Shown here piece after piece: positions 8,901-16,359 of a stretch of 39,824 bases of DNA. The DNA comes from Elusimicrobiota bacterium (GTDB taxonomy: Bacteria > Elusimicrobiota > Elusimicrobia > F11), in NCBI GenBank assembly GCA_046153645.1, contig JBJXGI010000010.1, forward strand, positions 1 through 39,824, in the 5' to 3' direction. Every line of letters starts with the position of its first letter. Positions within the stretch are counted from its first letter, which is position 1. The notes under the pieces were generated by a model, which saw only the letters and a list, made by a program, of their open reading frames with translations, did not search any database and was not told where the DNA came from. A program made the translations under genes and the position numbers.

Positions 8901-11900
8901 GGGCTATTTTGTTTTATTAGAGCTCAAAAAATTAGGGTACCCGCCGCCATTTTTGTTAAACGTTGATTCTCATTCCGATTTATCTAAGGATGGACAAAAA
9001 ACAGACTCACCTCATGCGGTAGTATGGGTCCAACAAGCTTATGAAGATGGTCTGATTTCTGGTTATTTACAAATTGGTTTGAGGCCCGATGAAAATGGAG
9101 ATCCTAAGATATTAAAAGGTCTTAGCCTTGGTATTGAAAATGGAGTAACACTTGCAGATTTAATTGAAAAGCATGGTTATGTACTCAGTATTGATTTGGA
9201 TGTTTTAAGTACATTCTCTTATTCGGGTGGTGAAGTTTTTTTCGCGCCAACTCGAAAAATAACAGCTTATGTGGAAGCCTTACAAAAATTTATTAATGAG
9301 ACAGAAGAAGAAACGGGAAAAATTCCTTTAAGAATACCCTGTTCAATATCTCCCGATTATTTGTTGGCCGCACACACAAATATGTATTGGGTTCAAACAT
9401 TCCAAAATGATATTCGACGTCAGTTTGGCGATTTGGTTCACAAAGGGCTTGCAATAAAACCAAGTATCAACCATGTTGCGGTTCCTCTTAATTGGATTAA
9501 CATTGTTTTATCTGTGGTTATTAATGTTTTGGGCGCGGTTTATTTCTTTTCTTCTCAGGATTCCTTGTTTTCTGTTTTGTTAATGACAAGTGCTTTGGTG
9601 TTTGGCACAGCTGTTTCATTTTTGATTCATGAGTCGGGGCATTTACTAGAAAATAAAGTGAGAGGTAAAAAATTATCTTTGAAGAGAATATCAGGTGGAT
9701 TTATGTATGGAGGGGTGGGCGTCAAGGGCGCTTCTGGTTGGTCTGGTATTGCGGCGAGTGTTATGGGTGGGTTCATCTTTTTTAGTCTTATTTTCATTGA
9801 TTTAAATAACAGCATTATTTATGGGATTCTCATACTGATCAATATTGTGTTTATGTTATCTCCGGGAGATTGGAAAAACTTTTTTATTAAAAAAGAGAAA
9901 AGAAAAATTCGGGAGCAGGATCTTTACAAAGCTTTTTTAGGTGGAATTCCAGAACGGCACTCTTTTGGAAGCGATAAAAAATGGTTTCTTGAATTTTCGA
10001 AAGTTTTTTTCACGGAAAAAGGTGATCAGGATTCTTTAAAAGAATTTTATCATGCGTTACCTCCGCTTGATAATGAACTCTTTCAATTGACAGATGAAGA
10101 AATCGCTTTTTGGCTTAGTGAAATTAGTTTAGATACGGGGATCGGTATCTCTCTATTAAAATGGTTGGCGATAAAAAATGGTCTCCCCGATTCTGTTATG
10201 GATCTCATATTAGATGATAAACAAAAACTCAACCAATTTTTAATTGAAGTAAACCCTTATTTTCAAAAATCAAAAAACCATTTAAATACTTACTTTTCTT
10301 TTGCCGAAGCTCATCATTACTCGTATTTTTATTTATTGATGTTAAAATTTGCGGGAATACCCCCACCTTTTGTAGTTAATTTAGATTCTCACAACGATTT
10401 ACGAAAAGATTTTGATGTTAATAGCACCATTCAATCTTCTGATTGGATAGAAGCCGCCTTTCGGGATGGTTTATTAAGCGGTTATGCGCATATGAGAATA
10501 GAGCGAGATAATAAGGGCCAGCCCAAGCTGGTTTTATCCGAGGTGAAAGGAGAGCAAATAGGTTCAATGAAAAATTCAGATGATTTTATTGAAATCCTAA
10601 AAACAATTCCTTATTTACTCACCATTGATGCCGATACTTTTTCAGTTATTAATTTTTTAGATGGCATTGGAATTTTGTTTGAAGAAATATGGCATGTCGA
10701 AGCGAAAGATTTTCCTGATTTTTCTCAACCTTTTTTTGATTTTATTAGGTTGTTACCTAAGGCTATTCGAATTAATTTTGTTAACTCAAGAAATTATTTA
10801 AATAACATAAAAGCAGATGCCAATTGGCTTTCTCTTTTACAGAGTTTCTTTTATTCCAGGCTCTCACGTGCTGATGACGATTTTGAGAAATACGAATTTC
10901 CCCCGGAAACATCATTTACTCCCGTTTTAGACGAATTAAAAAAATGGACCGAAATCAAATTATCCGAAAATCAGGTTTTATGGTCTCTTTGGAAACATTT
11001 GGAAATGGAAACTCCATTGCCCGAGATATTGATAACAAAAAAGGAAGGTTTGTGGGTAAGTGAACTTCCTGTGAATCAAGATGATTTAAATAAATTGGAA
11101 TCTCTTGGGATAAAAGTAAAAGATAAAGTTGGAAACTCACGGAAAGTTTTTTTGGCTTTTGAGGGGAAAGCTTTTATTGGAATAGCTCTTTACAGTCCTG
11201 AACTGATAGAGGGTGAGAAACAATTATCTGTCTATATTTTTGATCCCGATGTTGAGTCCATTTACTCAGGAAAAAATAGTGTCGAAGTATTCCCATTTAT
11301 TTCCCGAAAAGTGTTTGATATTTCTGAAGAAACAAAACGGCCTGGAGACAAAATCAATATTCATTGGTTGCCTTCTATTTATCCGCTCACCGATTACCCA
11401 GCCCTTTTTTCTTTGATGGGGGTCAACCCTCGGAAAGATGCTCGAGTTTTAGATTTATTAACGGGAGCAGGGCAATTGGGTGTTATGTTCTCAAAGATGG
11501 GAGCCAAAAAAGTGGTTTCAACCGGCATCTCTCCTGCCGCTGTTGTGATGGCAAAAGTAAATGCGCAAGTAAATGGTGTAAATGAACAGATGCAAGTCTA
11601 TCAAGCGGACGGCTTTCATTTTCCCTCTGAAATTGAACATGAAAAATTCGATGAAATATATACCAACCCTCCATGGCCAAGGCAAGAGAAAGACGATATT
11701 CGATTTTCTGATGTGGGAATGAAAGTGATTAAAGAGATTTTATCTAAAGCACAAAACTTTTTATCTAAAGATGGGATTCTTGTTTTAAATTATCCAGAAG
11801 TCCCCGAATTATTTCAACTCATTTATGAAAACAATTGGGATATTGTTCGTATTGAAGGGACCAAACAAAATCGCGGAAAATACGAAGTTGACTATAGCCG

Positions 11901-14157
11901 TTTTGTTTTGGTACCACGAAGATCTGATCAATTATCTGATGAAAAAAATAAAACTTTTAAAGAAATCTGGAAATTATTTTTAGAGTTAGATGATTTTAAA
12001 AGCAATCCTCTTGATCCTCGTTATGACCAATACATGCGGGTATTCCAAGATTATCCCAGTCGATACATAATGAAGAAAATGGATGTTCCCAATGTTGAGT
12101 TGGATTTTCATGATGAGCTCATCGCCAAATTTTTCGCCGAAGCTTCGACACGTCTTTCAAACAAAATTCAGATGGCTGTTCCTGATATTCGAATTAACCT
12201 TGCTTTAAGCCATCTTAAAATTCGTGAAGAGGTGAAAGGAGAAGAAGGAACGTTTATGGCTGGGCCTGTAGAAGTAGAACATCCTCATGGAGCTCAGATT
12301 TCAAATGTTAATTTAATGGCGGCGACTTTTGTGACTGTGGGATACTTGTTTTATCTATTTGCCTATATGCCTTCATTGCTAGCGACGGTTACATCTATTT
12401 TGGTTGTATCCTTATTTATTTTTTCTGTTCTGTTTCATGAGTTGGGTCACGCTTTAAGTAATTATTTTTCTGGAAAACCCACTCACGTTTATTTTGAGAA
12501 AGGATGGTTCAAAGGAGGGATGACTGTTCCCAATGCAAGCGGAATATCCGGAGTTATACCAAGTGCTTTTCTCGCCTTAGGAATGTTGGTGTTGTCTTTT
12601 TCCGCCTCACATTTAGTGGATATTTGGGTTTTATTTAGCGTGGTTAATTTTATTTTTATGATGTCTTTGAAAGATTGGAGATTAATTATTTCTGGTTTTT
12701 TTGATTCTTCTCAGTGGAAAAGTATCGTGGTTGATAATTTAAAAATAAGCTGGCTTCGCAGTGTGTTTCCTCCCATGGAAGATAATACACTCACGACAGA
12801 AATTTTATATCGGCATTCTAAAAAAGTCGTCATGAAAAAAACCGATAGAATTTGGGAGCTCTGCGCTGGGGCGGGTTTGGTTGCCATTAGTGCTGCTAAA
12901 AGGGGCGCTGGATTTGTTCTTGCCACAGATATCAATCCTGAAGCAGTGAAATCCGTTAAAAAAAATGCGAAGGACAACAAGGTTAAAAAAACCGTTCAAG
13001 CGGAAACGGTGGCGGGTTTAGGTATTGGCGATTCGCATAAAGAATTTGACCGACTTTTCGTTAATCTTCCATGGGGATACCAAGCAACGGATCATCCAAA
13101 TGTCTCGGACCCGGAATTTAAATTATTAAATGAATTGTTAATGAAGGGGCAAGATTATCTGACTGAAAATGGAACCTTACATGTGGGTTATCAAGAAATT
13201 CCTACTCTTATGGCGAGAATTTATGGAAATGATTGGGATATTGTTTTGATAGATCAATCTCAATTTGTAAGAGAAAAATATAAAGAGTCGGATTATCCTC
13301 ACTTCACAGATCAAGGGGTTTTTGTTTTGACCAAGAGAAACAAAGATATTTTATCCGATAGCTTGTCACAAGATCTTGCTTCTGATTGGGAAATATTATT
13401 ACGCATTCAAAATCGAATTATGGAAAGTTCAGTAAAACCCTTAGGGTTCATGATGCCTGGCATGATTGAATCTAGTTTAAAAGGTATCCAAGAGAAATAC
13501 CATAAATTAAAAAAATCAGACCCAGAACATGCATTTCACTTTCAACTTATAGAAAAAGGAGCCGGTCGGCTCCTCGCGTATTTCACTAGAAAATTCCAAT
13601 TGGAGGGGCCAATAGAAAATGTGCGAACCAATCCAAATTTTAACCTTGATTCCTTTGGTCTCGGGGACGTTGTTGAAAACAAAGAGGAATTAAATTTGCC
13701 TCCCCTTCTTTCTAAGGGGATTGGTGAGCGCACTGTAAAAATAGTGACGCGTGTAGAAGATTTAGAGTTAACGAAAAGTTGGTTGTTGCGGGTGAAAGGA
13801 AAAATGAAGGTTGAAATTTTGGCCAATCCTGAAGAGATATTGTCTATCAAAGACGCCTTACAAGATTTCTCAGTCACAATAAAACCTATTAAGGGATTGA
13901 TAAAAAATGGGGAGATATCTTTTGAAGATTATTTGAGTTTGGGTTCTAGTAATAAAAAAGAACTCTTAAATAGCATTCTTATTTATTCTTCAAGACTGTT
14001 TATGTCAAAAACATTGTCAGAACAGTTTACTGAGGATGAATTAAAAGCCATCGACACATTCGAACTCGAAGAAATTCTTGGCAACATCAAAAACAGTCGC
14101 CCCATTTCACTTTTTATCAGGTTAACCAACGCACTAAAAGCCGCCCAGCACGCCTAA
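5971..14157 (+). CDS. Giant (~2,730 aa) multidomain membrane protein: N-terminal metallo-hydrolase-like domain, CPBP-like TM module, two ureohydrolase-like domains, two HExxH (M50-like) TM modules and two SAM methyltransferases
   Basis: Uninterrupted ORF 5959-14157, first ATG at 5971. Motifs HVQDIH/LEG/GGFH, DSHSD..IDLD, HESGH, DSHND..IDAD, DLLTGAG..NPPW, HELGH, ELCAGAG..NLPW. Confidence 0.8.
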   Translation: MDIATFKNKFTAFLGVLFFFQNTLLAHVSTQELWEKRRFHLNFSKDFSSKAPLSLPKITKTFSSQAGISEIFKTIPSAWGRIKKENQYHFGRDLNFILHVQDIHQNREAQKNIAALVERLVDHQSVDLIALEGEFGEMRLGALKKFPRQQSIQVAKSYLFKNNRITGPVAALLSSKSNLPPIIGIDDKELYELNVQAYRNSLQFQELNLRELAEDEKKLLFKENNIENKKLLSFYHASQSYHRNKSSLSDFVFNFSQADVKNKKSLSNLRQSIELERSIHFPKAEEERNVFIQILARKLSQEKLNELLSTSADFKLGKMTEKDFYDFVVQLGRENNIDLKTFKEFGHYLQYVALYQTLDIDETLKELTELETEIYQLLIKNKREAEFVKESQRLWLSEKLVKFSLTREEWDKYKETPHPNPLPDGRGDKSFPLRSGGARGGKLRPFEEFYRLAELRDQKMADNLEEARQKYKSKRVLLITGGFHSNGIKNHFVKKHENIFSFIPRITKIEKEVSSYLTLFAQEKTSLDDLFEGRVLFLSPRVMPSANGMAAVVTLADQTLFPQVPAKESWTQSGGESVENVSSHQEGNQMTLDVTGARQGIKLTAQLGGLNDSSIRIESVRLEKVNVLSSGIIFPFLEAFIRWGLVVTLSVDPFLSLVIIFPLVHVLMHALRDIQEVGIKGFIRRIPQRFFVSAFFGLFSALILFSCDISLISVLVIVPDFFLHSLYNLKLRFWLDKWTGIQWLEMSVNPQGDVKRKELMTAIQNILSGIPGVNVRRAKGFDLTHMQIMAIDNVNKFKKHLNSIGKVQEGIVLEIYDSIQLYRESFMPKLPEKPSFELGKITISNWPQSLGLGFVPQKDWHRARQATIEIDRALTQLPKGAESLEEIYLQIEPFNLDQGFNDENVAELLSMINLEKRIGLNLLKAITQKEKIPETEVLEALKDKEKLKQLIIRLQPYRKWAEKTINEYITFAMKHHWGYFVLLELKKLGYPPPFLLNVDSHSDLSKDGQKTDSPHAVVWVQQAYEDGLISGYLQIGLRPDENGDPKILKGLSLGIENGVTLADLIEKHGYVLSIDLDVLSTFSYSGGEVFFAPTRKITAYVEALQKFINETEEETGKIPLRIPCSISPDYLLAAHTNMYWVQTFQNDIRRQFGDLVHKGLAIKPSINHVAVPLNWINIVLSVVINVLGAVYFFSSQDSLFSVLLMTSALVFGTAVSFLIHESGHLLENKVRGKKLSLKRISGGFMYGGVGVKGASGWSGIAASVMGGFIFFSLIFIDLNNSIIYGILILINIVFMLSPGDWKNFFIKKEKRKIREQDLYKAFLGGIPERHSFGSDKKWFLEFSKVFFTEKGDQDSLKEFYHALPPLDNELFQLTDEEIAFWLSEISLDTGIGISLLKWLAIKNGLPDSVMDLILDDKQKLNQFLIEVNPYFQKSKNHLNTYFSFAEAHHYSYFYLLMLKFAGIPPPFVVNLDSHNDLRKDFDVNSTIQSSDWIEAAFRDGLLSGYAHMRIERDNKGQPKLVLSEVKGEQIGSMKNSDDFIEILKTIPYLLTIDADTFSVINFLDGIGILFEEIWHVEAKDFPDFSQPFFDFIRLLPKAIRINFVNSRNYLNNIKADANWLSLLQSFFYSRLSRADDDFEKYEFPPETSFTPVLDELKKWTEIKLSENQVLWSLWKHLEMETPLPEILITKKEGLWVSELPVNQDDLNKLESLGIKVKDKVGNSRKVFLAFEGKAFIGIALYSPELIEGEKQLSVYIFDPDVESIYSGKNSVEVFPFISRKVFDISEETKRPGDKINIHWLPSIYPLTDYPALFSLMGVNPRKDARVLDLLTGAGQLGVMFSKMGAKKVVSTGISPAAVVMAKVNAQVNGVNEQMQVYQADGFHFPSEIEHEKFDEIYTNPPWPRQEKDDIRFSDVGMKVIKEILSKAQNFLSKDGILVLNYPEVPELFQLIYENNWDIVRIEGTKQNRGKYEVDYSRFVLVPRRSDQLSDEKNKTFKEIWKLFLELDDFKSNPLDPRYDQYMRVFQDYPSRYIMKKMDVPNVELDFHDELIAKFFAEASTRLSNKIQMAVPDIRINLALSHLKIREEVKGEEGTFMAGPVEVEHPHGAQISNVNLMAATFVTVGYLFYLFAYMPSLLATVTSILVVSLFIFSVLFHELGHALSNYFSGKPTHVYFEKGWFKGGMTVPNASGISGVIPSAFLALGMLVLSFSASHLVDIWVLFSVVNFIFMMSLKDWRLIISGFFDSSQWKSIVVDNLKISWLRSVFPPMEDNTLTTEILYRHSKKVVMKKTDRIWELCAGAGLVAISAAKRGAGFVLATDINPEAVKSVKKNAKDNKVKKTVQAETVAGLGIGDSHKEFDRLFVNLPWGYQATDHPNVSDPEFKLLNELLMKGQDYLTENGTLHVGYQEIPTLMARIYGNDWDIVLIDQSQFVREKYKESDYPHFTDQGVFVLTKRNKDILSDSLSQDLASDWEILLRIQNRIMESSVKPLGFMMPGMIESSLKGIQEKYHKLKKSDPEHAFHFQLIEKGAGRLLAYFTRKFQLEGPIENVRTNPNFNLDSFGLGDVVENKEELNLPPLLSKGIGERTVKIVTRVEDLELTKSWLLRVKGKMKVEILANPEEILSIKDALQDFSVTIKPIKGLIKNGEISFEDYLSLGSSNKKELLNSILIYSSRLFMSKTLSEQFTEDELKAIDTFELEEILGNIKNSRPISLFIRLTNALKAAQHA
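7217..7292. repeat. REP-like palindromic doublet inside the giant gene
   Basis: CCCTCACCCTAACCCTCTTCC-tgat-GGGAGAGGG followed by a degenerate inverted copy. 17 nt (7219-7235) are identical to 39799-39815. Confidence 0.75.
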
Positions 14158-15431
14158 AACTCGGTACCGAGTCTTTCTGATCCGAAGTGGGGTTGGAGGG
14201 CTTTGGGGATGAGAACGGAGCCGTCGCCTTGTTGATAGTTTTCTAAAATAGCAGCGACGGTTCGCCCTACAGCCAGGCCTGAGCCATTTAATGTGCAGCC
14301 GAGTTCACGTTTTTTGTCTTTCAGCACTTTAAAATTCATTCTTCTTGATTGGAAATCCGTACAAGTAGAACAAGAAGAAATTTCTCTCCATACATTTTCG
14401 CCTGGCATCCATACTTCAAGATCGTAAGTTTTAGCCGACGAGAAGCCCATGTCTCCGGTGCAAAGTAAAAGAACTCTATAGGGAATTTCTAAACGTTTTA
14501 AAATTTCTTCCGCGTGGGCTGTTAATTTTTCATGTTCGGAAATGGAATCTTCCATTTTGCAAAAGCGAACCAGTTCTACTTTATCGAATTGATGATTGCG
14601 AATAAGACCCCGCGTATCTTTTCCGTAAGACCCAGCTTCTCGTCTGAAACAAGGGGTTAGCGCGGTCACAGCATAGGGAAGGTTTTTTTCTTCAACGGCC
14701 AAGTCAGCATATAAATTAGCCAATGCCACTTCAGAAGTAGGAATAAGATAAAGATCATCTTCCGCACACTTATATAGTTCCTCACCAAATTTAGGGAGTT
14801 GCCCCGTATTTGTCATGGTTTTAGCAGTCACAAGATAAGGCGGTACAATTTCGGTATAGCCGTGTTCTTTTGTATGAAGATCTAACATGAAGCTGGAAAC
14901 GGCGCGCACAAGTCGGGCGCCGGCACCTTTAAACAATGAAAACCGTCCCCCTGATAATTTTGTGGCGGCTTCAAAGTCTAGAATTCCAAGTTTGGTTCCT
15001 ATTTCATGGTGATCTAAAGGTTTATAGGGGAATTCTTTTTTATTGCCATGTTCTCGCACCACTTTGTTATCTGCGGCGGATTTCCCAATAGGGACAGAAG
15101 CGTCAGGAATGTTGGGAATATTCAAAAGAAGCATGTCGACTTCAAGTTTTAAAGTTTTTTCTCGTTCTTCTTTTTCTTTTAAATCAATTTTTAAACTCTC
15201 CATTTCTTTTAAGAGAGGGGCGACATCTTTTTTCTCCCGTTTTAGTTTACCCACTTCATCTGCGGACGTATTTCGTTTGGCCCGGAGAACATCCAATTGA
15301 GTGAGAAGCTCTCGCCACTCTTTATCGAGAGCTAAAACTTTTTCTAAATCAGGGAGGGCTTTGCCTCCCCTGTTTTCAAGTCCTTGACGGACCCAAACTG
15401 TATTTTCACGAATGAGTTTAATGTCGATCAT
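14154..15431 (-). CDS. serS: Serine--tRNA ligase
   Basis: LIPTSEV, CFRREAGSYGKDTRGLIR.HQFDKVE, REISSCS, TLNGSGLAVGR. Confidence 0.98.
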   Translation of the reverse strand: MIDIKLIRENTVWVRQGLENRGGKALPDLEKVLALDKEWRELLTQLDVLRAKRNTSADEVGKLKREKKDVAPLLKEMESLKIDLKEKEEREKTLKLEVDMLLLNIPNIPDASVPIGKSAADNKVVREHGNKKEFPYKPLDHHEIGTKLGILDFEAATKLSGGRFSLFKGAGARLVRAVSSFMLDLHTKEHGYTEIVPPYLVTAKTMTNTGQLPKFGEELYKCAEDDLYLIPTSEVALANLYADLAVEEKNLPYAVTALTPCFRREAGSYGKDTRGLIRNHQFDKVELVRFCKMEDSISEHEKLTAHAEEILKRLEIPYRVLLLCTGDMGFSSAKTYDLEVWMPGENVWREISSCSTCTDFQSRRMNFKVLKDKKRELGCTLNGSGLAVGRTVAAILENYQQGDGSVLIPKALQPHFGSERLGTEF

Positions 15432-15692
15432 TTATTTGTAGATAAGAGGATATTTTTCTGGATTTACTAATGATGAAACTTCCAGATCAATGTCCAGATT
15501 TGGCCAATAGAGATGAGAGTTATTTAAAAGTTTAAGATTGTATATATCTGAAACTTTTGAATTTTTAAACCAGGGATAATCTTGATAAGCAAGAAAATAT
15601 TCCTTTCCATGAACATGTAACCAAACCCCAAACGGAGATATATCGAGGACTTCAGCTTTTGAAATGCTTTTTCCAAGAACGGATGATTTCAT
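15432..15692 (-). CDS. DUF2442-family protein (putative antitoxin)
   Basis: GVWL....EYFL.Y..YPWF and LYWP.LDIDL motifs; paired with an upstream DUF4160 gene. Confidence 0.75.
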   Translation of the reverse strand: MKSSVLGKSISKAEVLDISPFGVWLHVHGKEYFLAYQDYPWFKNSKVSDIYNLKLLNNSHLYWPNLDIDLEVSSLVNPEKYPLIYK

Positions 15693-15891
15693 CTTTTTTC
15701 CCCATGACTATTTTTTGTAATTCATTTAATTTAATAGCAGACAACCCGTGGTATTCGCTTAATGCGATGGTTGGTTCTAACCAAAATTTTGCCTCTCCAT
15801 CAGAGCATGAAATATGAATATGCATGCGAACCTCTTCTCGTGAAAAGAAAAAGAAACGATAGTTTTTATAGCGGAATACTGTTGGGCTCAT
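15652..15891 (-). CDS. DUF4160-family protein (putative HicA-like toxin)
   Basis: MSPTVFR...YRFFFFSREE..MHIH......EAKFWLEP...W..HF pattern. Confidence 0.8.
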   Translation of the reverse strand: MSPTVFRYKNYRFFFFSREEVRMHIHISCSDGEAKFWLEPTIALSEYHGLSAIKLNELQKIVMGKKDEIIRSWKKHFKS

Positions 15892-16014
15892 TGATTTATT
15901 TTACATTATAAAAATACCGACCATATCCAATTCAGTCCATGAAAAGAACAAAAAGAGTGGTGTTTCTCGCTAATCCAGTTATCCTTAAGACAATTGTCTT
16001 TTAAGGAGGAAGTT

Positions 16015-16359
16015 ATGAGAAAATTATTCACAGGAATTTTGGTTTTAGGCACTTTGGTTATTTCTGAAGGTTTTCTCAGCGCTGCAGAATCAACCATTTT
16101 GGATAACAATGATAAGATTTCCGGTATGGATTTGGTTCAAGAACCTCGCGAGGATACAACTCCTCGGTGTATTGGGTTAGAAGAGGTTGTTAAAATGATC
16201 AATAAAAAAGAAACCCGCAGAAAATCACTTGCCAGTTATACGAAACCTTCCAAAGAATCCTTGAAACGCGAAAAATTTGTTGCGAATTACGCTCGAGAAA
16301 ATGGTTTTAAAAACTCAGAAGAAATTGTGGCCAAGTACAATGAGGATTGCCTGCGCTAA
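16015..16359 (+). CDS. Hypothetical secreted protein
   Basis: AAGGAGG SD before ATG 16015; signal-peptide-like MRKLFTGILVLGTLVISEGFLSAA; two Cys in the mature part. Confidence 0.6.
   Translation: MRKLFTGILVLGTLVISEGFLSAAESTILDNNDKISGMDLVQEPREDTTPRCIGLEEVVKMINKKETRRKSLASYTKPSKESLKREKFVANYARENGFKNSEEIVAKYNEDCLR

Noticed and set aside
8710..10170. RIGLNLLK / GIGISLLK segments resembling a GNAT acetyl-CoA binding motif
   Set aside because: The flanking sequence looks helical, without the GNAT beta-strand pattern. They are more simply part of the duplicated ureohydrolase-like unit.
15906..16109. 67-aa minus-strand ORF upstream of the DUF4160 gene
   Set aside because: It overlaps the plus-strand secreted ORF, which has a strong SD and signal peptide, and it has no motif.
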